A stretch of DNA of 63,837 nt, filler included, from Malassezia furfur (lineage: Eukaryota): the NCBI GenBank assembly GCA_052055015.1. It is 3 parts of 3 records of this genome, joined end to end, with 100 filler letters (N's around TTAATTAATTAA, not from the genome) between each part and the next. Parts side by side here need not be neighbours in the genome. Positions count along the whole stretch, not along the records: positions 22,721 to 45,221 come from JBQJIT010000157.1; 2 more parts are not named here. The stretch is one strand, 5' to 3'. Under the pieces are notes generated by a model. It made no database searches and had not been told where the DNA came from. It saw only the letters and a program-made list of their open reading frames with translations. Below, piece by piece: positions 22,721 through 33,575 of the stretch. Position numbers and translations under genes: made by a program. Each line of letters opens with the position of its first letter. Position 1 is the stretch's first letter.

Positions 22721-23604
22721 CGCGGTGCCGGCGCCGGCGCCGGTCGCCGTCCCGGTGCGCTCGGTGCGGTGCGCGCAACCAACAGCCCGTCGCTCGGGGC
22801 CAAGCCGGGGAAGCTCGGTCTGGGTGTCCGCAAGACGGGCGCAGCGGCCAATTTTGACTTCGATGCGGCCGAGCGCCGTGTTAAGGAGGAGCAGGCGCAG
22901 GCGGCCGAGGCTGCGCGCGCTGCGCGCGAGGCGCAGCAGGCTGCGGACACTGCTGCCGAGGAGGCGGCGCAGCGCATGGCGGCCACGCGTGCGCAGGAGC
23001 CTGTGGCTGCACCTGCTCCGGTGCCGCGCGTTGAAAAGCCGTCGCCCAAAGCAAATCCCAACGTGGACCGGCTGGGGATGGGCTTCACGCGCCTGGGCCT
23101 GGCGCAGGCACGCAACCAAGCGGCGCTGAAGAAGGCTGCCGATGCCAAGAAGGAGAGCTTGGCGGGTACGTTGTGTGCTACTCACGTTACAGAGGCCGAA
23201 GAGACCAACTATGCTCGAAGCAAATTTGCGTCGCAGAAATGTGGGTGTCTGACACGCTGACCGCAGCCATTTCGTCGGACCAGTATTTCCAGCGCGGCGG
23301 GTACGACCCGAACCTGTCCTCCGAGGCCCAGACGCGCCTTGCAAACTTCCAGGGCCAGACGTCCATCTCTTCGAACCAGTACTTGTGCGTAACAATGCAC
23401 TGACGCAGCGGTCGCGACGAGGACGACGAGGCGGCCGACGAGATGCCGGAGCGGGACGACTTTGCCGACCTCGAGGCAAGTGCCAAGGCATACTACCGCA
23501 AGTTCATGTCGAACCCCGACGTGCAGCAGGGCATCGAGTCGTTCCGCTCGGGCGCGCTGAAGCTGTCGCAGTATCTCGAGGACCTTAGCCGCAACGGTGC
23601 TTAG
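22721..23604 (+). CDS. GLO3: ArfGAP Glo3/ArfGAP2-3, C-terminal part (5' end lost in gap)
   Basis: KLGLG and RLGMG motifs; paired Glo3 motifs KFASQKSISSDQYF and FQGQTSISSNQYFG restored by introns 23166-23192 (27 nt), 23241-23266 (26 nt), 23385-23408 (24 nt). Confidence 0.88.
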
Positions 23605-23661
23605 GTACACACCTCCATATTACGAAGAGTCATCGTAGCCACGACACTCCACACCCGAAGC

Positions 23662-24916
23662 ATGTCGACCTTCGGAACGTTCTTCCGCGTGTCTACGTTT
23701 GGCGAGTCGCACTGCAAGGCAGTGGGATGTATCGTCGATGGCATTCCGCCCGGGATGGCTGTCGAGGAGCAGGATATCCAGCGACAACTCACCCGCCGCC
23801 GCCCGGGGCAGAGCAATTTGACCACACCGGTACGTTCTTTCCCCACTTACACAGCGTGATGAAAAGGACAAGGTTGAGATTCTCTCTGGCACCGAGCGCA
23901 ACGTTACCCTCGGTACGCCTGTGGCAATGATGGTGCGCAACCAGGACCAGCGCCCCCATGACTACACGGACGAGACGCTCGACAACTTCCCACGCCCGAG
24001 CCATGCGGATTATACCTACCTCGAGAAATACGGCGTGAAAGCGAGCAGTGGTGGCGGGCGCAGCAGTGCCCGTGAGACGATTGGCCGTGTGGCAGCTGGC
24101 GCTCTCGCAGAAAAGTTCCTCAAAGAGGCCTACGGTCTGGAGATTGTCGCCTTCGTGTCGTCGGTGGGCCAGGTGGCCGTTCCGCAGTATCCCACCACGT
24201 CGGCGATCAATGATGTCGACGCCTCCGAGCTTCCTATGAGCCAGGAGTTTCTCGAACTGCTCAACAATGTCACGCGCGAGCAGGTCGACAAGGAAGACGT
24301 GCGTTGCCCGGTCGCCGAGGTTGCCGAGAAGATGCGCCAGCGGATCATGGCCGCCAAGGCGAAGAATGACTCGATCGGCGGCACAGTGACCTGTGTACTG
24401 CGTCATGTCCCCGTCGGGTTGGGTGAGCCGACGTTTGACAAGCTCGAGGCACTCCTGGCACACGCCATGATGAGCATTCCGGCCACCAAGGGCTTCGAGA
24501 TCGGCTCGGGCTTCCGTGGCACGCAGGTGCCGGGCAGTCTGCACAACGACCCCTTCGTGGCCAAGGCCGATGGTACGCTTGGCACCAAGACCAACTGGAG
24601 TGGTGGAATCCAGGGCGGAATCTCCAACGGGGAGCATATCTATTTCCGTGTCGCCTTCAAGCCTCCGGCGACGATCTCACAAGAGCAGCAAACGACTCAG
24701 TATGATGGCAAGGAGGGCGTGCTTAGCACGCGTGGACGCCACGACCCATGCGTCGTTCCCCGGGCCATTCCCATCGTGGAGTCCATGGCGGCCATCGCTA
24801 TCATGGACGCCGTGCTCGCCCAGGATGCGCGCGCAAAATCGGCGAGCCAGCTGAGTCCTTCAGCGGTCGCTGCGCTCCCTCGCAGTATGAAAAAGCACAA
24901 TCACCCTTCGATGTGA
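23662..24916 (+). CDS. ARO2: Chorismate synthase; 2 exons
   Basis: STFGESH, RRRPGQS, TTPRDEKD after intron 23830-23854 (25 nt), [24 protein letters not shown]. Confidence 0.97.
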
Positions 24917-24980
24917 AATCTAGACGGGTGCAGCAATGAATAGAGGGACTACCGTTGGTATATGTGGGGGGTATAGCTCC

Positions 24981-25334
24981 TCACTTTTTCTTGCCCTTCA
25001 TAGTCGCGCGTCGTCCCTCACCTAAAATGTGTCAGTCTTCCTAGCATAACATACCCTTCTTAGGCGGTCCCTTTCCAAGCATCTTCTTGCGCTCCACATC
25101 CGCAAAGCGCTGCTTCTCTTCCGGGAACATGAGACGACCAATGCCAGGCACTGCATCACGAACTGTCCGGAGGTTCAATTGAGGGGGGTAGTAGCGCAGC
25201 ATCGCCGCACCAACCAACGATTTGCGCAGATATTTCGCACCAGTGCGCACATTGTTCGGGTTGTATGTTGTGCCGAACACTTTGCTCCGCAGCGCTTGGA
25301 GCGCAGCGAGCGACTTGGGAGGCGGCCCTGCCAT
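24981..25334 (-). CDS. RSM27: Mitochondrial ribosomal protein mS33; 2 exons
   Basis: VFGTTYNPNNVRTGAKYLR, YYPP, GKGPPKKG-EGRRA across intron 25022-25054 (33 nt). Confidence 0.92.
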
Positions 25335-25688
25335 CACGACTGCAACGGTGAACGAGACAACGGAATTCGCGATGAGTCACGTGATATATTCTTGATCATC
25401 GGCGTCGTTGGGACGTGCGAGCCAAGGTAGCGGGGTAGTAGAAAAGGAGCTCGTTTCCCGGAGGAATTGCTATGAGGCGAAAAGCTCAACAATATACAAA
25501 GTTATGGGGCCTGGAAAGATCCTCTTAAGACCAAAGACAATTGTGTTACAGAAACAAGCATTGAGTCGGATTCGATTCGTTGGTGCTTGATTTCTCCACA
25601 ATGAGCCCTTCCGTTTCATTACATTCATAGCGACGCAGGATGATGCGTGATGGACAGAACCTTGATTGTACTTGCGTCGTTTTAAACC

Positions 25689-26624
25689 TTAGTCCGATTC
25701 TTCATTCGACTGCTCCGCGATGGGAGGGTCCGACTGATTCACCTGGGAAACTTGTTGTTCGGTGGGAACCTCAGCTGCGAAAATCGCGCTGCCCTCGATA
25801 GGGGGCGGAAGATCATAGCGATCCGAGGGGTTGAACGTACTGGTCGGTTTCGTCTCTTCGCGAGAGACGGCACGCTCGTATGAAGGCGCCTCTTCAGTTG
25901 GCATGTTGTATTGATAGGGGCCATAATTTGGCTCTTCCTCTGACTCTTCCTCCGACTCTTCTTCGTACTCTTCCGAATCCGTCTCGTCCAGCACGCCGGG
26001 CTCTTCGTTGCGAAGAACCGGAACAATAGGCCCAGCAATTTCGTTGGCATCCTTGACCTTCTTGCCGCCAGGCGCAGTAAAGCTCTGGAAAGATTTGGGG
26101 TCGCGAGTGATCGCCTCGTTTTTGTCGATATTTTCTTCGTCGGAATCGGATAGAGAGGGACGAAGCTGGATGCCGGTTGCTGTCTTTTGACCCATAGAGC
26201 CCATGCTCTCCGAGGCAAGAGGCACGATGTTTTCCTCGTCTTGCGGCTGGGGACGCGCACTCTTCTCTTCGCAAATACCAAGCACGCGTAGATTGGAAAT
26301 GGCTTGTCTGCGGTCGTTCATCGTATTAAAGAACGACAATCCCCAGAGCAACCTAATCGACAACGACAACAGGAGGAACCCCACGCTGATACCAGCGGCA
26401 ACAATGATCAAGAAGAGAGAACTCGTCGGGACCCTGCTGTTCGGAAACGTTTCGAACCAATAGCCCTTATCGGCTTTCCTAAAGTGGTTAGGATGGTTCT
26501 TCTCAGTAAATCCATGGATTCCCTGCTCCTCGTAACTCTGAGCATTAAAGGGAGCTGCAGTGACCGCAAACGCTCCCAACGTCACGAGAATGACGATGCT
26601 CCGTACGCCTGTGATACCATGCAT
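25689..26624 (-). CDS. Orphan single-pass membrane protein: signal-like N-terminus, TM helix, acidic tail
   Basis: Hydrophobic IVILVTLGAFAVTAA and LFLIIVAAGISVGFLLLSLSI, then an E/S/P-rich tail; no family recognised. Confidence 0.65.
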   Translation of the reverse strand: MHGITGVRSIVILVTLGAFAVTAAPFNAQSYEEQGIHGFTEKNHPNHFRKADKGYWFETFPNSRVPTSSLFLIIVAAGISVGFLLLSLSIRLLWGLSFFNTMNDRRQAISNLRVLGICEEKSARPQPQDEENIVPLASESMGSMGQKTATGIQLRPSLSDSDEENIDKNEAITRDPKSFQSFTAPGGKKVKDANEIAGPIVPVLRNEEPGVLDETDSEEYEEESEEESEEEPNYGPYQYNMPTEEAPSYERAVSREETKPTSTFNPSDRYDLPPPIEGSAIFAAEVPTEQQVSQVNQSDPPIAEQSNEESD

Positions 26625-27714
26625 GGGGTGAAATAGACCTCGACCAGCGTTCACAGGCGGAACACCGCAACAGATGAGGAAGTGAGGTTAGAGAGCCCGG
26701 CCTGGCGGTACCGCTGGATTAGCTGCGACACCGCGCATCCCCTTTCTGTCCCATGAACCCTCTGCTACTTTTTTCGGAACGCTCCACGCAGGTACATGGC
26801 CAACAATGGGCTCTTCACGCGGTTCGATAGCACCATCTTGGCGATCTGATCGTCTCTAATTTGCTGGTCCACATTAGACACCGATATCAGTGCAGCAATG
26901 TTTAAAGGGATATCCAATTGCCTTCAGCAGTAGAGCTGGAAAGATATCTGGTTGCACCAATCATAAATTGGCTTTAACAATTATTCATGAGCTTGCTAAG
27001 CGACGAAGGATCAGGGTGAAATGAGACTGAGCCACAATGCTTGGCTGACTCGTGGTAAACACATCCGAGTTGGCTCAGCCGTTATCTCCTTCTCTCGGCC
27101 GACTCGGCGTTATCGCGCAGAAATGACCTCGAGGCTGTGTCGCCGAGACGCACAACAAAGTTAACCCGATTACCTCGTTTGCGATAAAGTTCGGACATTA
27201 TTTCTCGCATGTCAGCTCTATGATTGGGTTGGGATATTGCTCCGATCCGGTTCTTGCAAAAACAGACAAACCCCGCGGAGCGGGGCAAATGGAAAAAGCG
27301 CAGAATACCGCAGTGCACAGGTGATGCGCGCCAAGGCTGACAAGGCGGGTTTGCGGACAAAATAAGATTATTCAAACACTCGGACATAATGTGGTGGCGA
27401 TGCGAACCAGACAAGCGAGGAAAAACAAAATTTGACCCAACCTGCGCAGAAGGGCTGTAATCCTTTGTTTCTATTGGCTGAATATACTATACACTGTTTT
27501 ATGGTACCTGGGTCTGATTTAGATTGAGCACTATTGATGTAATTTGACGTCGAAAAACCGAGACCCAACGGGTTGCGTCACATTTAGTTTGTTGTGCGCC
27601 TCTTTTGTCCTTCTGCTAAAACAACGTTATTGTCCCATCTGCGTTGGCCCCCAACCTTTATTTGACTTTGACCGATCGACCTGTCCACACTTGTCCCACT
27701 GTGGCGTTTAATCA

Positions 27715-29199
27715 ATGAATTTCAACGAAACACCTCCAACTTCGCGCCACAGAACAGACGGGGCGAAGGAAGTGACCAACGACCCGGGTTTATACAACAG
27801 ACAAGAGTCGCAGAAGCGCTCCCCCGGAAGTGGTATTGATTACTACAACAACTACGAACATCACCCGCCAGCGACGATGCTGTCTAGACCAAATCGACGC
27901 CTCCCTCCCAGCCCTGAGTGGAGCCCGGTCCCGTCGACAGACTCTGTTGGATCAGACATGGTTCACAGCAACGTGCAGCAGCAGCCGTCCTTTATCGGAT
28001 ACATTAAGTCACCCGTGGATGCTGTGTTACTCCTCGCTGCGTGTGATATGCCATGCTCTCCCTCTAGCGAGCGGAAGAACAAGATTCCCCGCCGGATAAC
28101 GCGACGATTGTTGGACGATGAACGTGCGTCTCTGATTCGCTCCGGCTCGATTTTTGTGTGGGATGAGCACGAAGCGAGCATGCGTCGTTGGACGGATGGC
28201 AGGTGCTGGAGCGCAAGTCGAGTGAGCGGTTGCTTCTTGACTTACCGCGAACTCGAGATGCGCAAAAAGGCCTCGACCGACTCTGCCAAAGAAGGTCCGA
28301 TGCAAAACCTCTACAAAGCGGACGGCTTGATCAAACAGTCGTTCAGCATTACGACGGCATCTAACCGTAAGCTGCATGTGATCTCTTACTACCGTAAGCA
28401 AGATGTGCGTATGGGTCTGTTGCAGCGCGTGAGCGAGGACCCTCGCATCACAGGCAATGGCCCAGGCTCTTGGGGAATTCATGTGGATGAGAAAGAGTTT
28501 GGCGAGCTGCTGAATCGCGAAGAAGAGACGCTGCCGGAATCGGTTTCCGTTACGCGCTCGGGCGAATTGCCACTGACCCCAGCGGGCTCTGAGGGCCGCG
28601 GAGTGAAGCGCTCCAACGCTGAACTGGACAATGAGGAACGACCTGTCAAGGTCCATTCTCTTCCGTCTGTCCTTCCGCGTGGACGCCCGCTCCTGCCGTC
28701 ACACTACGAGCGTGAACATGAAAATTATCTGGCATACCCTACGCCCTATATACCTGGTGAAGATTATGCGATGAGGAGCCACCGTTACGAGCGAAATGGA
28801 CCGCATATGTATCATTCGGCACCGAATTATGGCCAGCCAATTGCCTCTCGCGACCCTTACGCGCGTTCGAGCCATGCGCCCAGCATGACGATGCCCCTGC
28901 ACAGTGCACCCTCCAGCTATAAGACGCTCCTCCCTCAAACACACATCACTCGTCTTCCCTATTCTCCGCGTACCAACCAACTTCCTCCTTATTCCCCTCG
29001 ACATTCGGACATGGAGCAAGATTCCATCGAAGCCTTGATCAGCCTTCGTTCCCACCCTACTCCCGGACATGTATACCCTCAACCCGCTGTACCACTTCTT
29101 TCCCGCGATGTTATGAGCGCAAATCCTACGCGTACACGTCCTGCTCCTGTCTCCGCACCCGACCGAGACGCTTTGCAGAAACTAGGTGTGCGTGTATAA
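27715..29199 (+). CDS. PAC2: Gti1/Pac2 (WOPR) family transcription factor, Pac2-type
   Basis: FIGYIKSPVDAVLLLAAC, IRSGSIFVWDE, RRWTDGRCWSASRVSGCFLTYRE, GLIKQSFSI, HVISYY. Confidence 0.88.
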   Translation: MNFNETPPTSRHRTDGAKEVTNDPGLYNRQESQKRSPGSGIDYYNNYEHHPPATMLSRPNRRLPPSPEWSPVPSTDSVGSDMVHSNVQQQPSFIGYIKSPVDAVLLLAACDMPCSPSSERKNKIPRRITRRLLDDERASLIRSGSIFVWDEHEASMRRWTDGRCWSASRVSGCFLTYRELEMRKKASTDSAKEGPMQNLYKADGLIKQSFSITTASNRKLHVISYYRKQDVRMGLLQRVSEDPRITGNGPGSWGIHVDEKEFGELLNREEETLPESVSVTRSGELPLTPAGSEGRGVKRSNAELDNEERPVKVHSLPSVLPRGRPLLPSHYEREHENYLAYPTPYIPGEDYAMRSHRYERNGPHMYHSAPNYGQPIASRDPYARSSHAPSMTMPLHSAPSSYKTLLPQTHITRLPYSPRTNQLPPYSPRHSDMEQDSIEALISLRSHPTPGHVYPQPAVPLLSRDVMSANPTRTRPAPVSAPDRDALQKLGVRV

Positions 29200-29321
29200 A
29201 AATCCTGTAGTTGCCAAATGCGCCATCTGCCTAGCGTTCCTGTCTGTTTCTGGTGGTCATAGTTCCCTACCTCGTGCATATCTCCACATCAACACGTGCA
29301 GCGCCCACAACACCAGCGGCC

Positions 29322-29778
29322 ATGCAACAGCAGGCGCACAGGGAGCGGCAGGGGCTATACCCAACACCCTATCCAGTTTCAGCACGAACAGGTTCGTGGT
29401 TGTTGCTAATGTACAGTCTATGAGCCCAGAGCGCCTGAACGGAAGCGGAGGTATAAGCCAGGTACGGTCGCGCTGCGGGAAATCCGCCGATACCAACGCT
29501 CGACCGACTTGTTGATCTCCAAGTTGCCCTTTGCACGCGTGGTGCGCGAAGTTGCTGACGAGTTTATCGAGGCAAACTACGCGTCAAGTGCGAGTGCCGT
29601 TGGGTTGCGGTGGCAGAGCTCGGCAATCCTTGCGTTGCAGGAGGCCACCGAAGCCTTCCTCGTGCACCTCTTCGAGGATGCGAACCTGTGTGCCATCCAC
29701 GCCAAGCGCGTCACCATCATGCAACGGGACATACAGCTCGCGCGTCGCATCCGTGGGCATTGGGGCGACATTCGGTAA
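29322..29778 (+). CDS. CSE4: Centromeric histone H3 variant CENP-A; 2 exons, start tentative
   Basis: [35 protein letters not shown], extended loop 1, LRWQSSA (W rather than the F of canonical H3), non-H3 N-tail; intron 29392-29416 (25 nt). Confidence 0.9.
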
Positions 29779-29795
29779 TGGTACAGAGCATGTTT

Positions 29796-31252
29796 CTATG
29801 AAAGCTGCAGATGCGGTTTCTTGCGCTGTACCCAGCTGTCGAGCGCGCGCCAAAAGAAGGCCACAAGCTGTTTGTCCGTATGGCGCTTGGTGCGATCCAC
29901 CTGGCATGAGTACATGCTACCCTCATCCACTTACCTGGAGTTCGGTCACGTTCCAGTCGCGCACCTGTGGATTCGGCGCGTCGTTGTTCCACCGCACGTA
30001 TACGCCCATCGCTGTGTTAGGTGCGCGCTTCGTAAGACATACCATTTTTGAATAGATCACGCGGATCGTTCCAGCGATACGTCTTGAACTGCCACGTTTG
30101 GCCGGTCGTAAATACCGCAATGACGCGATTCCATGCATCTTGACTCGACCCAATCGGCCCGGTACTAAGTCGGTTGATCGCCTCGGCACTGTCCACAACC
30201 AGGATGCGGCGCGAAAGCTGCGGTCCACGCGTCGCCCCCGGCCCCTCGTCGTCCGAACGAGTCTGGATCGTGACGACCATCTCAGGCACACCGCGTGCTT
30301 GTTGCCTCGCCTCCTCGGGCGGGACAAACACGCCGTCCTGGAGGAGTGATTTGACGTTAAACATGTTCACCAGAGCCGTGGGTGAGTTCGATAGCAGGAT
30401 AATGGGATCTTGTGCACGAGACCGGCGCGCCGCATTGGCAGCAGGCGCCGGCGTACGAGCAGACGTCGACGATTTGAAAGGCGCCTGATGTTGACGCTTT
30501 GCGCTTTCGAGGCGCGGCTTTAGTAGCGCGAGCAGCCCGTAGGTATCTGAGGGCTTGTTTGGGTGTGTCGAAAGCGCACCAGCATCGCCCTCATTGGCGA
30601 GGGCATGCATGCCAGCCAAAGCATCGTTGCGGTCCAGGAGTACCACTTCGTACTTTGCACGCAACGTCCGAACGAACTCAGCATCGGCAGCATCCGGTAC
30701 ATATGGTCGCTTAGCAGAAGGTGCCGTTGAGGGTGTGGCCTTTTCCGCCTTCTCATCCGTGGGCCCAAGGGCTGTCTCGGTCTTGGCCTGGACGCCCGGT
30801 ACCACGACGCCCTCCCACTCGCTACGCTTCCCGAGCAGATACTCGAGTACACCTGGGCGATCTAGTGCAGGAATTGCAATGACCTTGGCGGTGGCAGCGT
30901 TGCGAAGGTATGCACCTGCACGCTCCGAGCGCTGTTGTACAGCAAAGACCAAAGCACTTAGTGAGACGAATTGGTCAGGTGCCGACTCTGGCGTGAGCGT
31001 GTCCGCTTCTGCCGCCTTCTCACGAGACCGGAGCATCCTAACGGGTGCGTCCGCGGCAAAGACAAGCTCTGGTGCGCCCTCGTCGTGTGCCAAGGAAGAC
31101 GCATCGATCTGCTTGACGACGACCTGCGTCGCATCCACAACATCCTCTACTGACTTTCCATCATCCGAGCGCAGCTCCACGAGAGTGAGCGGCTCGTCAG
31201 GGAATGTGCTCAGCGCTGCACGCAGGCACAGCAGGGGATCCGGTACGCCCAT
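29796..31252 (-). CDS. CDC73: Paf1 complex subunit Cdc73/parafibromin; 3 exons
   Basis: DPIILLS, NMFNVKSLLQDG, WNRVIAVFTTGQTWQFKTYRW, WNVTELQ-VDRTKRHTD; introns 30012-30042 (31 nt) and 29901-29934 (34 nt). Confidence 0.92.
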
Positions 31253-31472
31253 CGCTCCGGGGATCGACGTCTGGACGTTGACGTCGGTAAGGCTTACATA
31301 AGGCTATGTCCTGGGGAAAGCCTACGGCGTGCAGCAGAGCGCGTGCGGACAAGTTGGACAACCGCGCTCACGACAAGCCCGTGTGCTGCCCTGGCGAGGA
31401 GACGGAGGATATTGCATACCAGCTCCGCGCCACGCTCAGCATGCAACGGGACTCGGCTGAGCCGTAGGCGAA

Positions 31473-33188
31473 TCAAAAATGGGCCACGACAGCCCAAATG
31501 CCTGCCCCCCAGCAGGCGAAGATGGCAAACGCCGAGAGCGCAGCCGCGATGCGATTGTACATGACGTAGACCTCGACATGCTTCCATCGATCTGGCTTGA
31601 TTAGGGAGCGAGAGGGCGCGTCCCGTTGGGTTCGTAGGTAAGTTAGGCCCCTGTGGATCTCCTTGTCCGCGGCCGGCCGCCCTTTCCCCTCCTTCGCACA
31701 GGCTGCAAGAGAAAAGGGGGGGCCGTACGGATGGAGTCCAGAGCGATAGGTGCTAAAAGAGGGTGTGGACCAAGGCGACAAGAGTGCACCCGCGTCATCG
31801 AGTCCCCAGCCTCCCAATAGCCAGAGCCAAGGCATCCCCAGAAACCCATACCAGAATAGGCGCTCGGCATTGGACTTGCTCTCTTTGGAAACGGGTGGGT
31901 GCAGCGCAACAAATGGCACGCGCTTCCAGGAGCTTGGCTTGCTCGAAGTCGACGAAAGCGTGTCGTCCCAGCGGTGAGCATAGGGAGAGGGGGAGGGTAT
32001 AGAAACAAGCTCGGGCGTCAAGTTGAGGCGGGGTATACGGTGCTGGACCTCTCCTTCCTGCCTCGCAGGGAGGCAAAGTGGACGAAGATGGTTGGCCAGC
32101 TCATCCTGCTGAAGAATAGCGTCATTCAGCCCATGCAGCGCACCAGGAGAGGGCGGCTGGTCGATGGGCTGGGACGTTTCATGGCTTCGCACGTAGGGTT
32201 TTGCTTGGGAATCTTTAGTGTCCAGAGGTTGGAACCGCGCAGCTTCGTGCGCGTACAGTGAAACGAGCCGCAGTGGGCGCAGAGATGAGCCTGCTAGAGA
32301 AGGACGCGAGCTCGTGTGGGGCACAGTGCCTTTCCCGGGAATGACTTGGGACCCCCGTCGATCGCGTTGCAGCGGTGCATGGAACCAAGGCGGGCGAAGT
32401 CCATATTCGCCGTGCATCTCGGAATGGCGCGGACGGTAGACCTCTTCGTAGTGACTTGCGTCGTGCATGCCCAGTACTTGGCTATCCGCAGAGCCGACGG
32501 CTGTCGATGTGGAAGACACAGGCGACCCCATGATGGGTGTCGAAGTCGAGCAGGGCTCCACTGATCGCGCCCGTGATCGAAGCGCACGCTGCAGCGAGAT
32601 ACGACTTTCCTCCAAACATCGACGTTGGTAGGCCTGCATCGCCTCCTCCGATCGTATTTCGGCCTCATTTCCCTCGAACACCAGGCCGAGGCCGTGCAAA
32701 ACCCGCTCTTCACTTCGAGGAAACACCGAGCGACCCAGCGACTCGGGAGACCGAGTTGCCACCGTCCCCAGGTCGGAGAACATGGGCGATGAGCCAGAAG
32801 TGGTTGAGCTTGTGTTTGTCCGTGGCCCAGGCTGAGTGAAGGCTAATGGCAACACCGGGTACCTCGATGGCATTTGCGATGGCAGGAGGGAGTACCGGTT
32901 TGCCGACTCGGCGTATGGTATTCCATGGCGGGTATTTGATTCGTAGAATGAGCTGAACAGCTCGCTCTCATCTGACAGTGTCGTCCAATGTGCACTGCGA
33001 TCAGCCTCGTAGGACCATTCGCGCACCCGAGGCGACTTAGGCCGCGGCAAAGTAGGCAGAAGTGGCAGGGATCGCCGCGGCCCCCCCATACCCTCCGCAC
33101 GAGAATCGCGAGAGGATGGCCCATTCCGTGAGTCTGAGTCATTGCGCCTGGCCACTGCGTGCTTCCTCCGAGCAGTGTCCGCGTGCAT
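31473..33188 (-). CDS. Hypothetical protein: disordered S/P/R-rich N-terminus, two C-terminal hydrophobic segments
   Basis: Long ORF with RLFWYGFLGMPWLWLLGGW and IAAALSAFAIFACWGAGIWAVV; start uncertain. Confidence 0.7.
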   Translation of the reverse strand: MHADTARRKHAVARRNDSDSRNGPSSRDSRAEGMGGPRRSLPLLPTLPRPKSPRVREWSYEADRSAHWTTLSDESELFSSFYESNTRHGIPYAESANRYSLLPSQMPSRYPVLPLAFTQPGPRTNTSSTTSGSSPMFSDLGTVATRSPESLGRSVFPRSEERVLHGLGLVFEGNEAEIRSEEAMQAYQRRCLEESRISLQRALRSRARSVEPCSTSTPIMGSPVSSTSTAVGSADSQVLGMHDASHYEEVYRPRHSEMHGEYGLRPPWFHAPLQRDRRGSQVIPGKGTVPHTSSRPSLAGSSLRPLRLVSLYAHEAARFQPLDTKDSQAKPYVRSHETSQPIDQPPSPGALHGLNDAILQQDELANHLRPLCLPARQEGEVQHRIPRLNLTPELVSIPSPSPYAHRWDDTLSSTSSKPSSWKRVPFVALHPPVSKESKSNAERLFWYGFLGMPWLWLLGGWGLDDAGALLSPWSTPSFSTYRSGLHPYGPPFSLAACAKEGKGRPAADKEIHRGLTYLRTQRDAPSRSLIKPDRWKHVEVYVMYNRIAAALSAFAIFACWGAGIWAVVAHF

Positions 33189-33460
33189 GGTTCTTTTCGC
33201 GCGGCACCCCAGCGCGCGGTCGAGCGCCCAAAAGACTGGCACGAATTGTGGAGAAGTGTTTACTCCACACTGGCATTTCACGTGCACTCTCCCGGTGGCC
33301 TCGGCGACCCATGTGGCCGGGGTGTGGAGGTGGAGGTTGGCCGACCACGGAGCAGGGAGGGACACAGACCGTGCAGGTATCGGCTGAACTAAGCGAGACT
33401 CATCCGATGGAGATTTCGGGGAAAAGCCCTCGATTCTGCCGAGGGAAAGGGCCGTGCGAA

Positions 33461-33496
33461 CGGAGTTTAACTTTCGAGCGGAGTTTAACTTTCGAG
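33461..33496. promoter_or_regulatory. Perfect 18-bp tandem repeat CGGAGTTTAACTTTCGAG x2 in a divergent promoter
   Basis: Directly visible, about 80 bp upstream of the OYE start; TATA-like ATATAA at about 33541. Confidence 0.5.
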
Positions 33497-33575
33497 GCGG
33501 CTATCCATCGAAGGTCCGGGAAAGTAACGCCCATAAACATATATAACGAGGTCTCGCCACTTGGCCAATACCAAG

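Noticed and set aside
26650..27715. Possible active centromere in the AT-richer spacer near the CENP-A gene
   Set aside because: The lowest stretch I counted is still about 35-40% GC, with no strongly AT-rich core. It is better explained as the promoter of a regulator, and the position of the CENP-A gene says nothing about centromere location.
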